Below, piece after piece: positions 30,279 to 32,000 of a DNA stretch of 32,000 nucleotides (within the stretch, counting starts at the first letter, position 1; each line of letters starts with the position of its first letter). The notes under the pieces were generated by a model. It saw nothing but the letters and a program-made list of their open reading frames with translations, did not search any database and was not told where the DNA came from. Both the position numbers and the translations under genes were made by a program. Source of the DNA: Candidatus Saccharimonadota bacterium (lineage in GTDB: Bacteria > Patescibacteriota > Saccharimonadia > Saccharimonadales > UBA4665); contig CP023991.1 in the NCBI GenBank assembly GCA_003516025.1, forward strand, positions 570,001-602,000. Direction: 5' to 3'.

Positions 30279-31694
30279 ATGGATCTCTACAACACTCTAA
30301 CCCGCTCCGTTACCACTTTTACTCCTGTCGACGGTGAAACCGTCCGCATATATTCCTGCGGCCCAACCGTGTATGATCACGCCCATATCGGTAACCTCAG
30401 CGCGTACATATTCGCCGATACGCTGCACCGGGCCGTCCAGCTTCCGGGATGGAAAGTGGAGCATGCCATGAACTATACCGACGTTGACGACAAGACTATC
30501 CGGCGCAGCCAGGAACTCTACCCCGATGACGAACCGCGCCAGGCATTGCATAAGCTGACTGATCATTATATTGAGCTGTTCCTGCAAGATATGGCCAGTA
30601 TTGGCAATGATACAGCTGACCTTACGTTCGTGCGGGCTACGGACACCATTGAAGACATGAAAGAACTTATTACCCGGCTATATGACGGAGGCTTTGCCTA
30701 TATTGCTGACGATGGCGTATATTTTTCAATTGACGCCTACCGCAGAAGCGGCAAAACGTACGGCCAGTTACTAGAACTTACGAACTCGAACACATCGTCA
30801 GAACGAATCCAAAACGATGAATACGATAAAGAATCAGTTCACGATTTTGCGCTTTGGAAAGTACAAAAGGGAACTGAACCAGCCTGGGACCTACAATTGG
30901 GCGGTAAAGACCTGTCTGGCCGCCCGGGCTGGCACATTGAATGCTCGGCAATGAGCCGGCTAGTTCTTGGCCAGCCGTTCGATATCCATACCGGGGGAAT
31001 CGACCTGGTGTTTCCGCACCATGAAAACGAAATCGCGCAAAGTACGGCGCTAGAAGGCGATCCTCTCATGGCCCAGTTCTTCATGCATAATGACCATATA
31101 TTGATCGACGGCAAAAAAATGAGTAAATCAGCTCATAATTTTTTTACGCTGGAAGATATTGTCACTAAGGGATATGATCCACTAGCATTCCGGCTATTGG
31201 TACTTCAGGGACATTACCGCAGCCCGGTCAATTTCACCTGGGAAAATCTTGAAGCAGCCCAAAACCGTTTACGTAATTGGCAGGCGGCGGCGGCCCTGCG
31301 GTGGCAGGCGGTAGACGCCGATCTCGGTGATACTGAAGCCAGCTATGTCGGCCTTATTGACAGTGACGTGTACTCACCGATGTTCATCGATCTGAATACG
31401 CCGCAAGTGCTGGCTAACATCAGTCAACGCTTCACAAAGTTCAGCGAAAACTTGGTGTCGCAATCAGTCATTGATGGTTTCGTCGAATATCTCGAAGTCG
31501 TCGATAGCCTGCTTGGTCTTAATATAAGCTCACAGTCCGACATCAATAGTGAGCAAAAGCAGTTGATACAAGACCGGCAGCAAGCACGCCTGAATAAAGA
31601 CTGGCCGCGTTCAGACGAAATACGCGATACATTACTCGCCCAGGGTCTCGCCGTACGAGACACGCCTCATGGCTCCATATGGCACCGCGTGTAA
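30279..31694 (+). CDS. cysS: Cysteine--tRNA ligase
   Basis: 471 aa. HIGH-type motif HAHIGN, KMSKS, and the WHIECS zinc/cysteine-binding block. Confidence 0.95.
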   Translation: MDLYNTLTRSVTTFTPVDGETVRIYSCGPTVYDHAHIGNLSAYIFADTLHRAVQLPGWKVEHAMNYTDVDDKTIRRSQELYPDDEPRQALHKLTDHYIELFLQDMASIGNDTADLTFVRATDTIEDMKELITRLYDGGFAYIADDGVYFSIDAYRRSGKTYGQLLELTNSNTSSERIQNDEYDKESVHDFALWKVQKGTEPAWDLQLGGKDLSGRPGWHIECSAMSRLVLGQPFDIHTGGIDLVFPHHENEIAQSTALEGDPLMAQFFMHNDHILIDGKKMSKSAHNFFTLEDIVTKGYDPLAFRLLVLQGHYRSPVNFTWENLEAAQNRLRNWQAAAALRWQAVDADLGDTEASYVGLIDSDVYSPMFIDLNTPQVLANISQRFTKFSENLVSQSVIDGFVEYLEVVDSLLGLNISSQSDINSEQKQLIQDRQQARLNKDWPRSDEIRDTLLAQGLAVRDTPHGSIWHRV

Positions 31695-31710
31695 CGCCTA
31701 ACTGTGCGCT

Positions 31711-32000
31711 TTAGTGAACTTCTGCTTTAATAGCCGGACTGTCCGCTATGTAGTCGTGATTTTTTAAATAGTCCAAAATGGCGATACGGATACAGCCGGC
31801 GATTGGAATGGCGAACAGACCGCCGAAAATACCGCCGAAGCTAACGCCAATCAACACACTCGAGAATATGAGAAGGGGCGACATGTCAGTCGAGTTTGCC
31901 TGTATTCTCGGCTGAATAACGTAATTTTCGATCTGCTGGTACAACAGGTAAACAAGGAAAATGATCAGGGCGGCGACCGGCGACGCGGCCAAAGCGACAA
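31711..32000 (-). CDS. AI-2E family transporter (PerM/UPF0118-like), C-terminal part; the 5' end lies beyond the right window edge
   Basis: C-terminal LLYQQIENYVIQPRI...FGGLFAIPIAGCI is typical of the family. The frame remains open upstream of the track's TTG 'start' through position 32000. Confidence 0.8.
   Translation of the reverse strand, partial: VALAASPVAALIIFLVYLLYQQIENYVIQPRIQANSTDMSPLLIFSSVLIGVSFGGIFGGLFAIPIAGCIRIAILDYLKNHDYIADSPAIKAEVH

Noticed and set aside
1-32000. CRISPR arrays, rRNA genes, IS elements or prophage structural genes
   Set aside because: No regularly spaced direct repeats, rRNA-like sequence, transposase or integrase motifs, or terminal inverted repeats were seen on reading through the window.

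Overview
Gene-dense bacterial chromosomal window on both strands. GC is roughly 50% by eye, and many stop/start junctions overlap or lie 1-3 nt apart. Most genes are housekeeping. The style (extended L1 and SecE, a GT/GH57/GH15 glucan operon, few biosynthetic genes, many small unknown ORFs) suggests a reduced-genome uncultivated lineage such as Patescibacteria/CPR, but that is inference only.

Gene order:
- Minus-strand glucan operon: glycogen-synthase-like GT, GH57, and a GH15 that is partial at the left edge and absent from the ORF track.
- A low-GC islet carrying a single AbiH-like gene, ending at tRNA-Trp(CCA).
- P-loop kinase, DUF45/YgjP-like HExxH peptidase, soluble PAS histidine kinase, and a convergent membrane GT2.
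- secE-nusG-[2 unknown ORFs]-rplK-[2 tiny acidic ORFs]-rplA.
- About 7 kb of non-ribosomal genes: P-loop NMP-kinase-like gene, dcd, a tmk-thyX fusion, a hypothetical gene, a structured intergenic region, and a hypothetical gene with ilvA.
- rplJ-rplL, with no rpoBC following.
- Two hypotheticals, an atypical CDP-alcohol phosphatidyltransferase, dnaX, dnaB, and a polytopic membrane protein.
- ybaB, an unlisted 53-aa membrane ORF, recR, Nudix, DHH phosphoesterase, cysS, and a partial AI-2E transporter.

Most noteworthy observations:
1. Four uncharacterised ORFs sit inside the normally invariant nusG-rplK-rplA core.
2. A dTTP-pathway cassette with a Tmk-(tandem)ThyX fusion splits rplKA from rplJL.
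3. The AbiH-like low-GC islet lies next to tRNA-Trp.
4. The 17.8-18.2 kb divergent intergenic region holds two candidate structured RNAs. One is a promoter + long hairpin + terminator unit. The other is an interleaved 9-bp/9-bp pseudoknot-like leader ahead of the ilvA operon.
5. RecR lacks its Cys4 zinc finger.

No CRISPR array, rRNA, transposase or integrase was seen.
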